64,000 nt of DNA from NCBI GenBank assembly GCA_964016885.1, contig OZ024743.1, positions 276,644,001 through 276,708,000 of the forward strand, in the 5' to 3' direction. The position numbers were made by a program, and so were the translations under genes. Position 1 is the stretch's first letter. The number at the start of each line of letters is the position of its first letter. The notes beneath the pieces are model-generated. The model saw only the letters and a list, made by a program, of their open reading frames with translations. It made no database searches and had not been told where the DNA came from. Origin of the DNA: Eledone cirrhosa. Its lineage: Eukaryota. Of the stretch, positions 41,180 through 55,869 are shown in pieces.

Positions 41180-41605
41180 TGGTAGATTGATAGAATCGTT
41201 AGTGTCAGATAACAAGTTTTGCGATAGTTGCTCCGGCTTGTTACTTTCTAAGTTCCAATCTCGCTGAGGTCAACTTTGGCTTTCAGCCTTTTGGTGTAAA
41301 TGTAGTACCAGTGAAATACTGGAGTCGGTATTATAGACTTTCCTCACCTGCCTACAAAATAAAATAAAATAAATAAATAAAATAATTGATGGCTTTGCAC
41401 TTAAATTTAAGCACAAGGTCAGCAATTTTGTGAAAGGGCAAAGTTGGTTAAATCAAACCTAGTACATGACTGATACTTTATTTTATCGAATCCGGAAGGA
41501 TGTAAGGGAAAGTTAATCTCGGCGTGATTTGAACACAGAATGTAAAGAGCCAAAATGAATACCGCAATGGGATGTTATCCGACGCTCTATCAATTCTGCC
41601 AACCT
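41180..41605. mobile_element. Two diverged family-1 SINEs, tail-to-tail
   Basis: Core motifs on opposite strands. Confidence 0.6.
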
Positions 41606-41841
41606 ACTAATTTCCTTGTACCGGCATTAGAGACAATTATTATTTGTAAATCCTGGAGCTAAAAGAAATACAGTGGATTATTCTAATTTGTCACAAAGGC
41701 GACTTAATATCGAGATAACTACCCAATAAGCTAAGGCGTTATTTTAGCAATTTTTGTTCAATTTTATATTCGTAATTTTACTATACACGTATGGCATATT
41801 GTTGACTAAAAGAAATAGATATTAATGATGGTATATAATAA

Positions 41842-42096
41842 GACGCGTGGCTGAGTGGTTAGAGAATTGGATTCGCAATCGTGAGGTTGTGAGTCGATTA
41901 CTAGACCGGGTGGTGCGTTATGTCCTTGAGCAAGACACTTTATTCCAGGTTGCCCCTTCTGTCTGGATTTGCGATCGACAGCTAGTATTAGCAATTGGAA
42001 AGACCAATGGAAACATTGTTTCCCCGGTCCGATTTGACGAGCTCTTCCCCACTCGTTAAGCGTATGAGGCCTGGGATATTGTCAATCGACTGTCGA
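41842..42096 (+). mobile_element. Family-2 CORE-like SINE
   Basis: GCGTGGCTGAGTGGTTAG head; GTCCTTGAGCAAGACACTTTATT. Confidence 0.75.
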
Positions 42097-42794
42097 TATA
42101 ATAATTTTTATGCAGGGGTTCCCTGAGACAGGAAAATTATTTCAAGAGTTCTACAAGGGTAAAATATTGAGAAACACTCTTAGAATATAATGAGTTAAGC
42201 ACCGAAGCACCTATATGCTTGGATAAAGGATAACTATTTCTTTGAAAACCTTTTGACGTTCAGCTTTCCTTAGAGTTATTTATTTACTATTTTTCTCGCT
42301 CTTTGTTGACTTGCTAATTCGACCAATGTACTGTTATGTTTTGTTTTTGCTCGGAACTGTTTTTCTTCATATCTGAAGTGCATGGGTTTATAAATACGTG
42401 ACATTCACACCAGGAGACAAATATAACTGTAAATACAACGGATTTTGGAACAACGTCGAAAAGGAAGTTTAAATTGAATGTAGACGAATTACAAATCGAA
42501 TATAATAGCTGAAATACACCTGGTACACATATAAACTAGGGCATCGACTATGAAGAAAATACGGTATTCATTGATAATTGGCATCAAACGAAAGAGAAAA
42601 AATGTAATAAAAGAACAACGGGCCTTCTAAATATTACGTGCATATCATCCGGTAAAATTATTCTATCATAAAAAAAGCTTACATGAAAGGAAAACAGCGA
42701 GTACTACCAACACATTCTTCAACATTCATAGACGTATTATATTTACACAGACACACACACAGAAACACACACACACAGAAACACACACACACAG

Positions 42795-42856
<62 letters not shown>

Positions 42857-43029
42857 ACACACACACATACACACAGACACACACACAGACACACACTCTT
42901 ACATACACATATACAAACTCACACATACATATATATACAAATATGTATGTATGTATAAATATATATGTACATATAAATATATATATATATATACATATAT
43001 ACATACATATATATATAAATATGTATATA

Positions 43030-43089
<60 letters not shown>

Positions 43090-43754
43090 CACCCACACAT
43101 ATATATATATGCATATATATATATATACACACATGCATATACACACAATATAAAAATGAGAAACATAATCAAACAAATAAAAATGCTACAAAGAAACAAA
43201 TAAGTGCTTACCAAATTTCGTACCATACATGCTCAATGTAGGAGAGTCAGCACATGGAAAATAATGAGACACGCGAGAAACAGAATAAAAACAGAATAGA
43301 AAGCACGCAAACATGGACAAAATAATTCTCACGTTGAATAAAAATAATTGTTTCTTATATATATATAGGCAAAACGTTTCAGATTTTTAAAAATCTCTGG
43401 TTTTTTTTTTCGATTTCTTTTTGTTGTGTAGTGTTTGGTGTATGGTATGTTCTGGGGTTGAAAAGTGGGTAGGAAATTGCTTAGTTCATTCTATGTTTCA
43501 AAATGATTTCTGCGACAAAACAAACAGGAAGTGAAATAGTTTTTCAATTTAAAACAAATATGGACATGGTCGATATTTCTAAGACTATTTATCTTAACTC
43601 GGCTCAAAGAAGAATCTCTACGCGCTGCTGGTGGTTGTTATAATTCAATGGTTGCTTCTTAATCTTTTCTGTACCAAACGCCTGTTTTATTTAAATGAAG
43701 TTTCCCACAGACCCTTCTGATATAATTACTCCTCTCTCAGATTTTTATACCGTG

Positions 43755-43930
43755 ATAAGTTTCAAATTTAGGCAAAAGGCCAGTAATTTGGAGAGAAGGG
43801 AAGTACTTGACGGGTACTCTATTTTATCAAACCCGGAATAATGAAAAGTAAAGTTAACCTCGGCGGAATTTGAACTCAGAATGTAAGAAACCGTAACTAA
43901 AATCCACAAAACTTTTGCTCGATGCTCTAA
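43755..43930 (-). mobile_element. Family-1 SINE (diverged)
   Basis: Core AAAGTTAACCTCGGCGGAATTTGAACTCAG. Confidence 0.65.
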
Positions 43931-44289
43931 TATCCGTCATTGAAAAGGGTTTCTACGAGCTGGTGATTGCTGTAGTTCAGCGGAACCCAACATTTTCTCT
44001 ACGAAGAACCCACTTTATTTAAATGAATTGTCCCACGGTCCTTAACTACAATTATTCACCTCTCTCATTGTTATTCAGTGATAATAAGAATCAAAAGATA
44101 AAAATGTTTATGCTTCGAGAAGAATAGACATCCAATAGAATAATATCTTTATGCCAAAGTTCTTGAAATTTTGAACTTAGCTCATGGACGCCCTCCTTCT
44201 TGAATCTACCTTTGTGAACGCTGTTTTAGTTGTAATTGTTGATCGTCAGATCAAATCCTGATAGACCAGATATGATCAAAGGTGGAATG

Positions 44290-45840
44290 TGCGGAGTGCT
44301 GCGAAAAGTCGATAAAAGCCGCTGAGATAAGGAAGCTCTAAGCTACTGTACAATACGTAGATCACCCGGATTTGGTGACCTACTCTACGAAATTTACATA
44401 TATATGTCCTCGCAACTGGCAACAGACGGAGATAATTTCCAGTTTATAAACTGGGGTGATAATAACATTAAGTGGACATAATCGAGATTTTCCGGCTCAT
44501 TACTCTTCTCAACACAAATTTTCAGATTTTGGTCAAGGTGATTTCAAAGTTGTCTGGTCGGGGAAGCTCAGATGTCGCAATCCCGACCATGTCTATACAT
44601 GACAACCTCCACAACATGCGATACATCATACTGAGGGTAAGGAGTAAACCTGGCTTCAGTGGGGCTCAATTTGGATTAATCGAAAGCTTTCGATAGGGTC
44701 GAACATCGCTACTTGGAGGCTGTCCTCAAAACAGCTGGTTTCGGTCCTGTCTTCAGAAGATGTATCGTTTTAATGAACAGCAGCATCTGCTTGGGGGTCA
44801 ACCTATCAGAATGGTTTCAGATCTCGTGCTCGGTCCGTCAAGGATGTCCCTTTTCCTCCCTTAGGTATGTACTGATTCACGAGCCACTACTGCGGAAACT
44901 GGAGCTGTTGAAGAACATCCCATCGTAACCGACATATGGAAGGGTTGTGTCGGCATATGCAGACGATATCACTGGGATGGTGTCAAACACCTCGGAAATC
45001 AAGGTAGCTGGCAACTTCTTGGAGGAATATGAAACGTTGACGGTCAAAAATTACCCGAACAAATCGGTGGGTTCGCAGCTTGGCAACTGGAAAGGCAGGT
45101 CCATACGGTTCAACCAACAACGTCGTCGGATGGTGGACGGACTGACTGGTGAAATTTCTCGGGGTCCGGTTTGGTCTGGAACTCCAGGTGGATAGGAACT
45201 GGGACGAGGTAGCGAGCAGGGTTGTCACTCTCACCCAGAGATGGGCCGAGAGAAAACTATAAAAAAAAACGGTCGGGCAGAGGTGGTGAATGCGAACATT
45301 GCCTCCGTCATATGTTACCGCCTGCTTTTTCACTTCGTGTGGAAGTGGCTGGTTCCACTGGTGAGGTGGTTCATCTGTTTCCAAAATCCTTTGCGCCGAG
45401 AGCGAATCATACAGTGGTCGAGGATTCGTAAACATGCGCTGAGGTTACGACATTGGCAAACATTACTAAAGGGTGAGCAGGGGCGTTCACCATTTCTCAG
45501 GGACGTCTCATTACAGCTCGTGTCCTTCTCTAAGCTGAAGTCTATGGTAAAGCGAAGACCGAGATTTGGCGCTTGGCATATGGAATGTTGTCAGGCGTTC
45601 ACAACCATCTACTACTTGGTCAATGTGGTCAATGGAAATTCCACGTTATCGTTCAGAAGAGGATTATTGGCAAAAGAGATTGTTCTCGGAAAAGATCTTG
45701 ACATCAACGAGAACGAACTAACCAGTCTGTCCCGGAAAACCTTCCCTCTGACGATTATGGATGATTCCCAGAAATCCTTAGCTTTTCAGTGCTACTGTGA
45801 GGAACTATCGGTTAGAAACCAATTCCACAGGCGCCAGTAG
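44290..45840 (+). pseudogene. Older, degraded Tx1-type ORF2 (RT)
   Basis: ITLLNT, SIHDNLH, SVRQGCP, SAYADD, HALRLRH, QKSLAFQCY; many frameshifts. Confidence 0.85.
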
Positions 45841-45999
45841 GCTGGAGAGATTAGAGAGGAGAGAGGCATTTTCCTATGGTAATCTTGACGATGACGTTGG
45901 TTTCGGGTTTGTTTGGTTCCTAAATGACCCCGGATGGTGCCCCTCTGAATTTGGGGAATCCTGTTGTTATTAATTTGTTACCTGCTTTCTTTGATTATA

Positions 46000-46100
46000 T
46001 GTAAATCCCCTATTCTTAATTCAAACGTCCTGCCTTCCATCACTCGTGAACACGACCCCGAGATACTTGAACTTCTCTACCTGCTTCAGTTATACCAAAA
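46000..46100 (-). mobile_element. RTE-clade LINE RT fragment
   Basis: Manual translation LKQVEKFKYLGVVFTSDGR. Confidence 0.55.
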
Positions 46101-46154
46101 GAACCATAGCCAATGGCTAAAGTTCCTTTGGGTCATTCCTTCTCTTTCAACTTT

Positions 46155-46752
46155 ATAACATTCTCCTTAGAATTCTTGCTGTTCCCAGCAAGGCTGCAAC
46201 AATCCTGTCCAGATGGTAATTTCTAGCTTCTCAAGCTATGCATCTAACTAACTGCTCCCAGTGGGCCAACCACAGTCAGTACCACTTCTACGTGTCTGAT
46301 TTTCCACAGTTTCCGGATTTCTCTCTTCAGCGCCTGGTATTTCTCAACTTTCTCACTTTCCTTCTTATTCAACCTGTGGTCCCACGGCGAAGCAATATCA
46401 ACAACACATGCCTTGTTAGTCTTCTTTTCTACAACAACAATGTCAGGTTTTCTAGCCACGAAAAAGTGGTCGAAATGGATGGTCACGTCCCACAAGATCT
46501 TATACTGTTCATTTTCAGCCACACTTTCCGGTTGATGTTCTTACCATTTCTCATTTCTGCTCATGTCATACATATGACAGAACTGCCAATGAACCAGCCT
46601 GGCAATGTTGTTGTGCCTTCTCTTGTACTCTTTCTGAGCATGCACCTTACATTCACTAATAATGTGGTTTATTGTCTCACCTTTCTCACCACACAGCCTA
46701 CAAAGTGGAGAATTCCTTGATTTGTCAATATTGAACTTAATGTAGTTCGTTT
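46155..46752 (-). pseudogene. R4/Dong LINE C-terminal RLE fragment
   Basis: KILWD..RKPDIVVV..VVDIASPWD..EKVEKYQAL; ALLGTARIL. Confidence 0.85.
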
Positions 46753-47601
46753 TCAGTTGTCGAGTCCTTTCAACAGAGTTAGCTCTACAATTAAGGAGCC
46801 GTATTTATATATCTATATCCAAAATTAAGATAAATCAAATGAATTTAATCTAAATCAAAATTATGGGTGTCATGCCAGAAAGACATGCGCCATATCACCC
46901 GCAAAATAAGCTCTAAGATTCTAACAAGTAGGTCCGAGCATTTTATAATAACTAGAGATTGATTAACATATAAATAAACATGAATAATCACAGGAGATAA
47001 TTTTTACAAGTGTGTAACCACACATAGCTAGGTAGGTAACTAAATAAAGTTGACCAGAACTTCAAAAATAGATACATTATAATATGATTAATCTTCCCTG
47101 TATATATTCCATTAAAGAAATATATTTCACCAATTAATCACATGGTAAACCACAGAAGTGGTTTTTGATTTAGATTAAATTCATTTGATTTATCTTAATT
47201 TTGGATATAGATATATAAATACGGCTCCTTAATTGTAGAGCTAACTCTGTTGAAAGGACTCGACTGCTGTTTCTAGTTGTCGATAACCCTATTCACGCCA
47301 CTGGGACGAAGCTAGTATGATGTGTGTATTTCTAGTAAATACAACACGTGCTGTTTTTGAAGTTCTGGTCAACTTTATTTAGTTACCTACCTAGCTATGT
47401 GTGGTTACACACTTGTAAACATTATCTCCTGTGATTATTCATGTTTATTTATATGTTAATCAATCTCTAGTTATTATAAAATGCTCGGACCTACTCGATA
47501 GAATCTTTGAGCTTATTTTCCGGGTGATATGGCTCATGTCTTTCTGGCATGACATCCATAATTTTGATTTAGATTAAATTCATTTGATTTATCTTAATTT
47601 T
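46753..47601. mobile_element. Inverted, circularly permuted ~399-nt repeat unit (pseudo-LTR or retrozyme-like)
   Basis: 46759-47070 inverted at 47163-47262 and 47351-47601; direct repeat at 47167 and 47566. Confidence 0.7.
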
Positions 47602-47622
47602 GTATATATATATATATATATA

Positions 47623-47808
47623 TAGTATAAAAAAACGAAAAATCAGTGATGCATCTGGACGAACTACTCGTGTCCGATGGAACCTGCAGCCATAGAATCA
47701 GCCAGATCCATACAGTGATCATGTCTCGAGCTACCTGCCGGCGAAACAATTGTAACACGCAATAAACTGAGTCCAAATGCATCACTGATGTTTCGTTTTT
47801 TTATACTA
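47623..47808 (+). mobile_element. Miniature inverted-arm element with degenerate hammerhead (47669-47759)
   Basis: 38-bp arms; CGTGT-CCGATGG..GAA-ACAATTGT-A^ACACG-C-AATAAA. Confidence 0.55.
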
Positions 47809-47890
47809 TCCACACTCTAAACTGTATGAATATTAAGTGCTAATTTTGGCATACCGCCTATGGAAGCACCATAGCTACCATTATACACAA

Positions 47891-48027
<137 letters not shown>

Positions 48028-48388
48028 CACACACACACATATGTGTATGTATATATATAAACATATATATTCATATATACCACGTACAAATGCATACATT
48101 CCAGCACAAACATGTAAAGATGTGCGTGCGGAGATATTGCATGCACGCACATACATATGTACACGCGCACACTCATGTAACTCTCAGTGTATGGAGTTAC
48201 ACACACTACACAAACGCCGAGATATGCATACCCATATACAGATATGCATATATATGTATTCACCTACATATATATATGCATTCGTGTGTGTATACTGGCG
48301 TATGTGTGTGTGTAATGATTAATTCATAGGTTGTATTTGTACTTGAACTGTTCAGGAATATAAGTGTATATATATATATACATACATA

Positions 48389-48426
<38 letters not shown>

Positions 48427-48451
48427 CATACATATATATATATATATACAT

Positions 48452-48510
<59 letters not shown>

Positions 48511-48774
48511 ATATATATTTATATATATATATATAAGCATAATACAGATTACACATATACACACATATATATATATAATATTGAAGAAAATGGTAAATAA
48601 AAGATTAAAAGAAAGGAATTAGAACATAAATACGTGTTCTTCTTGTCAAGAATAAAATGTATAAAACGTGTAAATGTATAAAAATATATAAAGGTCATTT
48701 ATGTGATAAAATCTAGTTCCATCTATTTTATATATAAAGAAACATCATGAAATGAACTAGTGGAGTTCATAATA

Positions 48775-48862
<88 letters not shown>

Positions 48863-48923
48863 TATATATTTATATATTAATATATATATATATATATATA
48901 TATACAGTATATATATATATACA

Positions 48924-48983
<60 letters not shown>

Positions 48984-49114
48984 TGTATATATATATATAT
49001 ATATATATATACTGTATATATATATATATATATACTGTATATATATATATATACTGTATATATATACATATATATATATTAATATATGAATATATATATA
49101 TGTACATATATATG

Positions 49115-49181
<67 letters not shown>

Positions 49182-49224
49182 CACATATTAATATATAAAT
49201 ATATATATGTATATGTATATGTAT

Positions 49225-49311
<87 letters not shown>

Positions 49312-49359
49312 TAATATATAAATATATATATGTATATGTATATGTATTATATATATATA

Positions 49360-49523
49360 ACGGAGGAAATGTGGTAAGGAACCAGATGGACCATACCGCA
49401 CCAAAGTACTCAATACTTAGGGTAGTAGAGTGGGTAATAGGAACGAGTAGGACCCCGACGGCTAATTCCGAATTAGCCGTCGAAACGGCTTGAGCTCAGC
49501 TGTCGGGGTCCTACTCGTTCCTA
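49360..49523. repeat. Interspersed repeat with internal fold-back; homologous to 13498-13700
   Basis: Shared GGACCATA..TACTCAATACTTAGGGTAGTAGAG and TAGCCGTCGAAACGGCTTGAG; arms 49438-49463 and 49498-49523. Confidence 0.65.
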
Positions 49524-49559
49524 TATATATATATATATATATACATACACACATAAATA

Positions 49560-49590
<31 letters not shown>

Positions 49591-50323
49591 GTATTTATAT
49601 ATATATATACGTATATGATTGTATGTATATACATTTATATAGATATTCCCGCACACACACACACATATGTGTGTGTATGTATGTACGTGGGAGTATTTGT
49701 GTTTGTGTGTGTGTCCTTATATTAAACGCTCTCGCTCTCGTTCACCCCCGCTGCCTCCCCATCGCTCTTTAAAGATATAGATAGATGAACGGAAGATGGC
49801 GGTGGTGGTGTTGTTGACGGTGGTGGTTGTGGTGTCGGTAGTGGTAGAGTAGGTGGTGGCGGCTGCTTGGAAGATTAATAGGTTAGGGTAAATTGGAATG
49901 AATTCTCATCGGAATCCTCCCTTCTTTTAATAGCGACCCCTGCATTTATTCATCTTACTATTTTTGATTCATCATCGATGTTAGCAACTACAATCAGCAA
50001 CACCTCCGCCATTACCAAACCATCATGAACGTCATCAAGATATTCATCATCATCATCCTCACCATCATAACCATCATCATCTTGATACCCCTCTTCCTCA
50101 GCCTTCTCTTTATCACCCCCTCCTCCTCCTCCTCCTCCTCCCCATCATCATCATCATCAACATCACCCCCATACTCATCATGATCGTCATCTTCATCATA
50201 TCGTCATTATCTTCACACTCGCCCTCTCTCCCCTCATTTTGCTGCCCCAGTCTCAATTCTCAGCATTTAATAAATTATAATTATCGTTATAGTGATTGTG
50301 TTTACACACACATAGACACACTC

Positions 50324-50393
<70 letters not shown>

Positions 50394-52199
50394 GATGTAC
50401 ATAAAATGATGTACATTATATTCTACGTATATATATATATACGTAGAATATAATGTACATCATTTATTATATATATTACACACAGGCACACACACATACA
50501 TACATACATACATACATACATACATACATACATACATACATACATACATACATACACACACGCACACACATATATATATGTGTGTGTGTGTATATATATA
50601 TATATATGGTAACTATTAAAAGGGTTACTAACATAGCGTGGTTCATCATAAGGGGTTAAAATGAATGTATATACGATATGTTTATATATGATACGAGAGT
50701 CTACCTAGGGATTTTTTAAAAAGCTGTGATCACATCCGAAGGAGCTGTCAGACATTCTCACCCCGCTAAGATAGCTGTGACACGATCACGGCCTTTAAAA
50801 GATTCATAGCAGGGCTCTCTATGCTCATTATACATAAAATAATATCGTATATGGGTTCATATTTGAAAGAGAATACTGTATGAAAATATTGACTATTTCC
50901 TGCCACGTGTTTTATTACTCACACATACTCACATATACTCTTTGTCACATACTCACATATACTCTTTGTCACATACTTACTCTCTCTCACATCCATACAT
51001 ACACACATAAACACATAAGTCAGACATAAATATTATTGTATCGTTAAAGATGGATGTCTCACACACACATATGTACGTATAGACACGCACACAAACATTT
51101 ATATACGTATACATATATACACATACATGATGATGTCTTCAACTTGTCAGATGATAGCCGCCTCAACATGACTTTTCAATCCTGCAACAAAAGGCATGGG
51201 TAAGACCCCCCCCCCCCCCCCGGCACTGACAATACTCTAATATAGGACACATCAGCACAGGTGACTAGAGAACTGTCACCACTCACGCGTATACTACACC
51301 TCACGAGAGGACAAAACTACGAATGTGGCAGTATTTCATTGGTGCAAATTCACGTGACACTCAGATAGCTGCAGTAATAGACGCAATCCTTATGGTGCTA
51401 AGAATTGTTAGTGTTGGCCTGCATAGGCTTGAGAATTAGAATGAAAGATGAGAAGATCGCAAAAGCAACATTTGTACGGCATGGATTATAGTGACAAACG
51501 TTTGTACAACACGAGTGATACTCTCTAAGTCTCAGTGTTAATTATCTGATGACAAACCTAAGTAATATGGCCATTAATCATGTAAACTACAGGTTTCATT
51601 TCAGAGTTTACTTCTCGTTGTAGAATGCTGTAACAACTACTCGGGGTCCTTCACTCCCAGTGAACTTACTGCACTCTCTAATTCCAACCAGGGGTTTTTT
51701 TGAGTTCTCGCGCACAGATAGGTTGTCGGAGTTATGACTAAGGATTTCCATCTATCCCGGTTTTGTAATCAGAGTGCCTCTTCTCCTAGACACGATTACC
51801 AAAGGCCGACGTTTTCTGTTTACCGGGAGCCTTTACTCCTTCTCATCGTCACTTCCAAACATCTCCGCCACAGGAACGTCAGGAACTTGACCGATTGTCA
51901 AAGATTAAATGAGGCGCAAGCCGTTTAGGGCATTTAATAGAAAGTAGATTCTTAGTCCTACTAATACCTTGGCAATAGTAACTTTAGGAGATATACATAT
52001 TTACATACATACATATTTACGTACATATATATATATATATATGCGTACATACATACATAAATGCATAAATGTATACATGCATACATATATATGTTTACAT
52101 ACATGCATACATACATGCATGCATACATGCATACATACATATATACATGCACACATAATTACACTCTCACGGACATGCTCACCTCACTCATCTTGATAA

Positions 52200-52345
52200 T
52201 CCTTTTTTCTCTTCAACCTTCCAATATCCATTTTCTTCAGACTTTACTCTTTCCTGATGAAGGATTAACGTCCGATACATTGGCACATTTGTTTTCCTTC
52301 CCAAACAAGCGTGAAACTAATAGGATTTTGTGTAATTCTATCTAT
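52200..52345 (+). mobile_element. Penelope-type LTR end with degenerate hammerhead core
   Basis: CTGATGA-A-GGA/TCC-GATAC followed by CAAGCGT..CTAATA, as in the 15821 element. Confidence 0.45.
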
Positions 52346-52893
52346 GTGTTGGTGTATGCTTATACGCAAACTTTGTATGTATGTATGTATGTATGTATGT
52401 ATGTATGTATGTATGTATGTATGTATGTATGTATGTATGTGTGTGTGTGTATGTGTGTGTGTGTATGTATGCATGAATGCATGTATGTATATATTTTTTG
52501 TGGAGCGAGAGACTCCTAGTCTTCATTAAGACGTCTCTCTAAGAAAAGGTCACTCCCATATAAAACATGTGACTTCGTTTACATTCAATGATGTAGACCA
52601 GTTCTTTTTTGGGGTAAATGCATTTGATGTGCAGCGGGTGGGATTGGCTCCATGCAAAGCCTTTACTTACATAAAAAGCTTCAAGCACAGGCATCGCTTG
52701 ATACGTGACATTTTTTGCGATGCAGAGTATTGCTGGCCTAGCAGGACTGAAAAACCACGCCCGTAATGCTCAGCCTTAAGTATCAAGCGATGGCATTACT
52801 CAAAATCGAGTTGCAGCCATCATGTATATATGTGTGTGTGTGTGTATGTATGCATGCAAGCATGTACGTACATATGTATGTATCACACACACA

Positions 52894-52956
<63 letters not shown>

Positions 52957-52958
52957 AG

Positions 52959-52992
<34 letters not shown>

Positions 52993-52999
52993 ACACACA

Positions 53000-53038
<39 letters not shown>

Positions 53039-53060
53039 ACACACACAGACACACACACAG

Positions 53061-53092
<32 letters not shown>

Positions 53093-53113
53093 ACACACAC
53101 AGACACACACACA

Positions 53114-53307
<194 letters not shown>

Positions 53308-53600
53308 CATATAATATATATATATATATACATATATATGTATACGAAGAAGTGGGGAATGATTAATTGTGCAAAGCGTATGATATATATGATGCGGATA
53401 TACACTGGAAGTAAGAAGAGAAGACGTGAGAAGAAAGACTAAGGACAATTGATTGAAAAAAAATAGGGCTTAGATAAAAAAAAATGGAATAAAATGAAAG
53501 TGAAGTAAAACGAATGTAGCAATATTTATGGCAAATTGAATACACATGAAGAATATCTTGTATTGGACATTTATATATATATTTGGGAAAAAGATGCTCG

Positions 53601-53668
<68 letters not shown>

Positions 53669-53682
53669 GAAAAAGATGCTTG

Positions 53683-53727
<45 letters not shown>

Positions 53728-53777
53728 CATAGAGAGAGAGAGAGAGAAAGAAAGAGAAAGAGGGAAAGATATATATA

Positions 53778-53862
<85 letters not shown>

Positions 53863-53917
53863 TATATATAAATATATATATATATAAATATATAAATATA
53901 TATATATATATGTATAA

Positions 53918-53954
<37 letters not shown>

Positions 53955-53979
53955 ATATTATATATATATAATATGTATG

Positions 53980-54043
<64 letters not shown>

Positions 54044-54988
54044 GTATGTATATATATATATATATATAGTGGTGGAAATATAGATATGGATAGACGAAAA
54101 GAGTACTGGTAATGTCGAGGAGTTATTACAATTATTCTATTTAAATATGCACGCATGCGTACATATATTTTCAATTGCGTCCAGCAAACCTTTATTTTGA
54201 CATTCTGGCCGTTCTCTCTGTATTCCGTTACCTCCACATCAATGCACAATGTCATTTCCTCACAATAATGGCCTCTTCTATCCTAATAATCATGGCTACG
54301 ATGGTCGTGTATATATGTATATGTATGTGTGTATGACTATATATATGTATAATGAGAGAAAGCAAATCTACTTGTATTCATTTCCTTCACTTATTCCATT
54401 CATTGTCTTTCATTCATTAGTTGTTGTTGCTGTTCTTTTTCTTTTTTGTTTTATGACTGAACATCCAAGCCTACATTCTTCTTCTTCTTCTTCTTCTTCT
54501 TCTTCTTCTTCTTCTTCTTCTTCTTCTTCTTCTTCGTCGTCGTCGTCGTCGTCCTAGTTTTCATCGTTGCCCTTCCTCTTCGCCTCCACCCCTTACCTCT
54601 TTTCTCTTTCTCTCGTCTCGCCTGCAGAGTTCCTCCAATAAATGAATTTCAAACCAGCCGGGATTAGAATGATGAAATTATAAATGTCGAACGAAAAGTA
54701 AAATAAAAAAATAAATAAGTAAGAATATAAAGATAGAAATAAAAAAACAACAACTTAATAAAGAAATAAATGCATAAATACAAGTGCAATCAGGGCTAAT
54801 TCTCTGTTCCTTAATCTAATCCGTTAATCCTGGTCATGCAGCAGACTTCATTTCCCAAGAGGTGCCACCAAGATGGCTAAAATGAAATCGAAGCCGTCAG
54901 AACCTAAATTTTATAGAGCTCCGTCTTTATTGTGTTCAATAGGGGACTGAAGGAGACAAAGACGAAGGAAGACGAAGGAAAATACCAC

Positions 54989-55272
54989 AGTAGTAGTAGT
55001 AGCAGTAGTAGTAGTAATAGTAGTAGTAGTAGTGGTGGTGGTGGTGGTGGTGGTGGTGGTGGTGGTGGTGTTAGTGGTGGTGGTGCTAGTCGTGGTAGTT
55101 GTAGTAGTAGCAGTAGCAGTAGTAATAGAGGTAGTTGTAGTAGTAGTAACAGTAGTAGTAGTAATAGTGGTAATAGTAGTAGTAGTAGTAGTAACAGTAG
55201 TAGTAGTAATAAGGGTAGTAGTAGTAGTAGTAACAGTAGTAGTAGTAATAGTGGTGATAGTAGTAGTAGTAA

Positions 55273-55314
<42 letters not shown>

Positions 55315-55455
55315 TAGTAATAGTAGTTGTAGTAGAATCAGTAATAGTAGTAGTAATAGTAGTAGCTGTAGTAGTAGTAGTAGTAATAGTAGTAGTAGTA
55401 GTAGTAGAAGCAGTAGAAGTAGTAGTTTTAGTAGTAGTAGTAATAGTAGTAGTTA

Positions 55456-55510
<55 letters not shown>

Positions 55511-55515
55511 TATAG
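54989..55515. repeat. Compound (AGT/GGT)n array
   Basis: Seen directly; part is an inverted copy of 37240-37490. Confidence 0.9.
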
Positions 55516-55579
55516 AAGAAGAAGAAAAAAAGAAGAGGATGAGGATGTGGGAAGGAGGTCGGGAAGAAGAAGAAGAGGA

Positions 55580-55622
<43 letters not shown>

Positions 55623-55869
55623 TTTCTTTATTAACCACAAGGGTTTACATAAAGTAGACATTAAGGACAGTGCAGGACAATGCAGGACGGTACAAATGGG
55701 CATTTCTGCGTGTAAAAACAAAAACAGAGGATGTAACAAAAAATAACAATGAAAAATTCCCCAATAGGGGGCAGACTTCGGAGGGACATTTGTGGAGAAA
55801 GCCCAGTAAAAAGCCACAATGACCCTGACCACCAAGGCAAGTGCCCTCTCCCAGTTTTCCACCTTTAAT

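Noticed and set aside
54932-55586. Poly-Ser/Gly and poly-Val ORFs (also at 20.0-20.6 kb and 35.6-37.6 kb)
   Set aside because: Stop-free frames of trinucleotide arrays; no exon evidence
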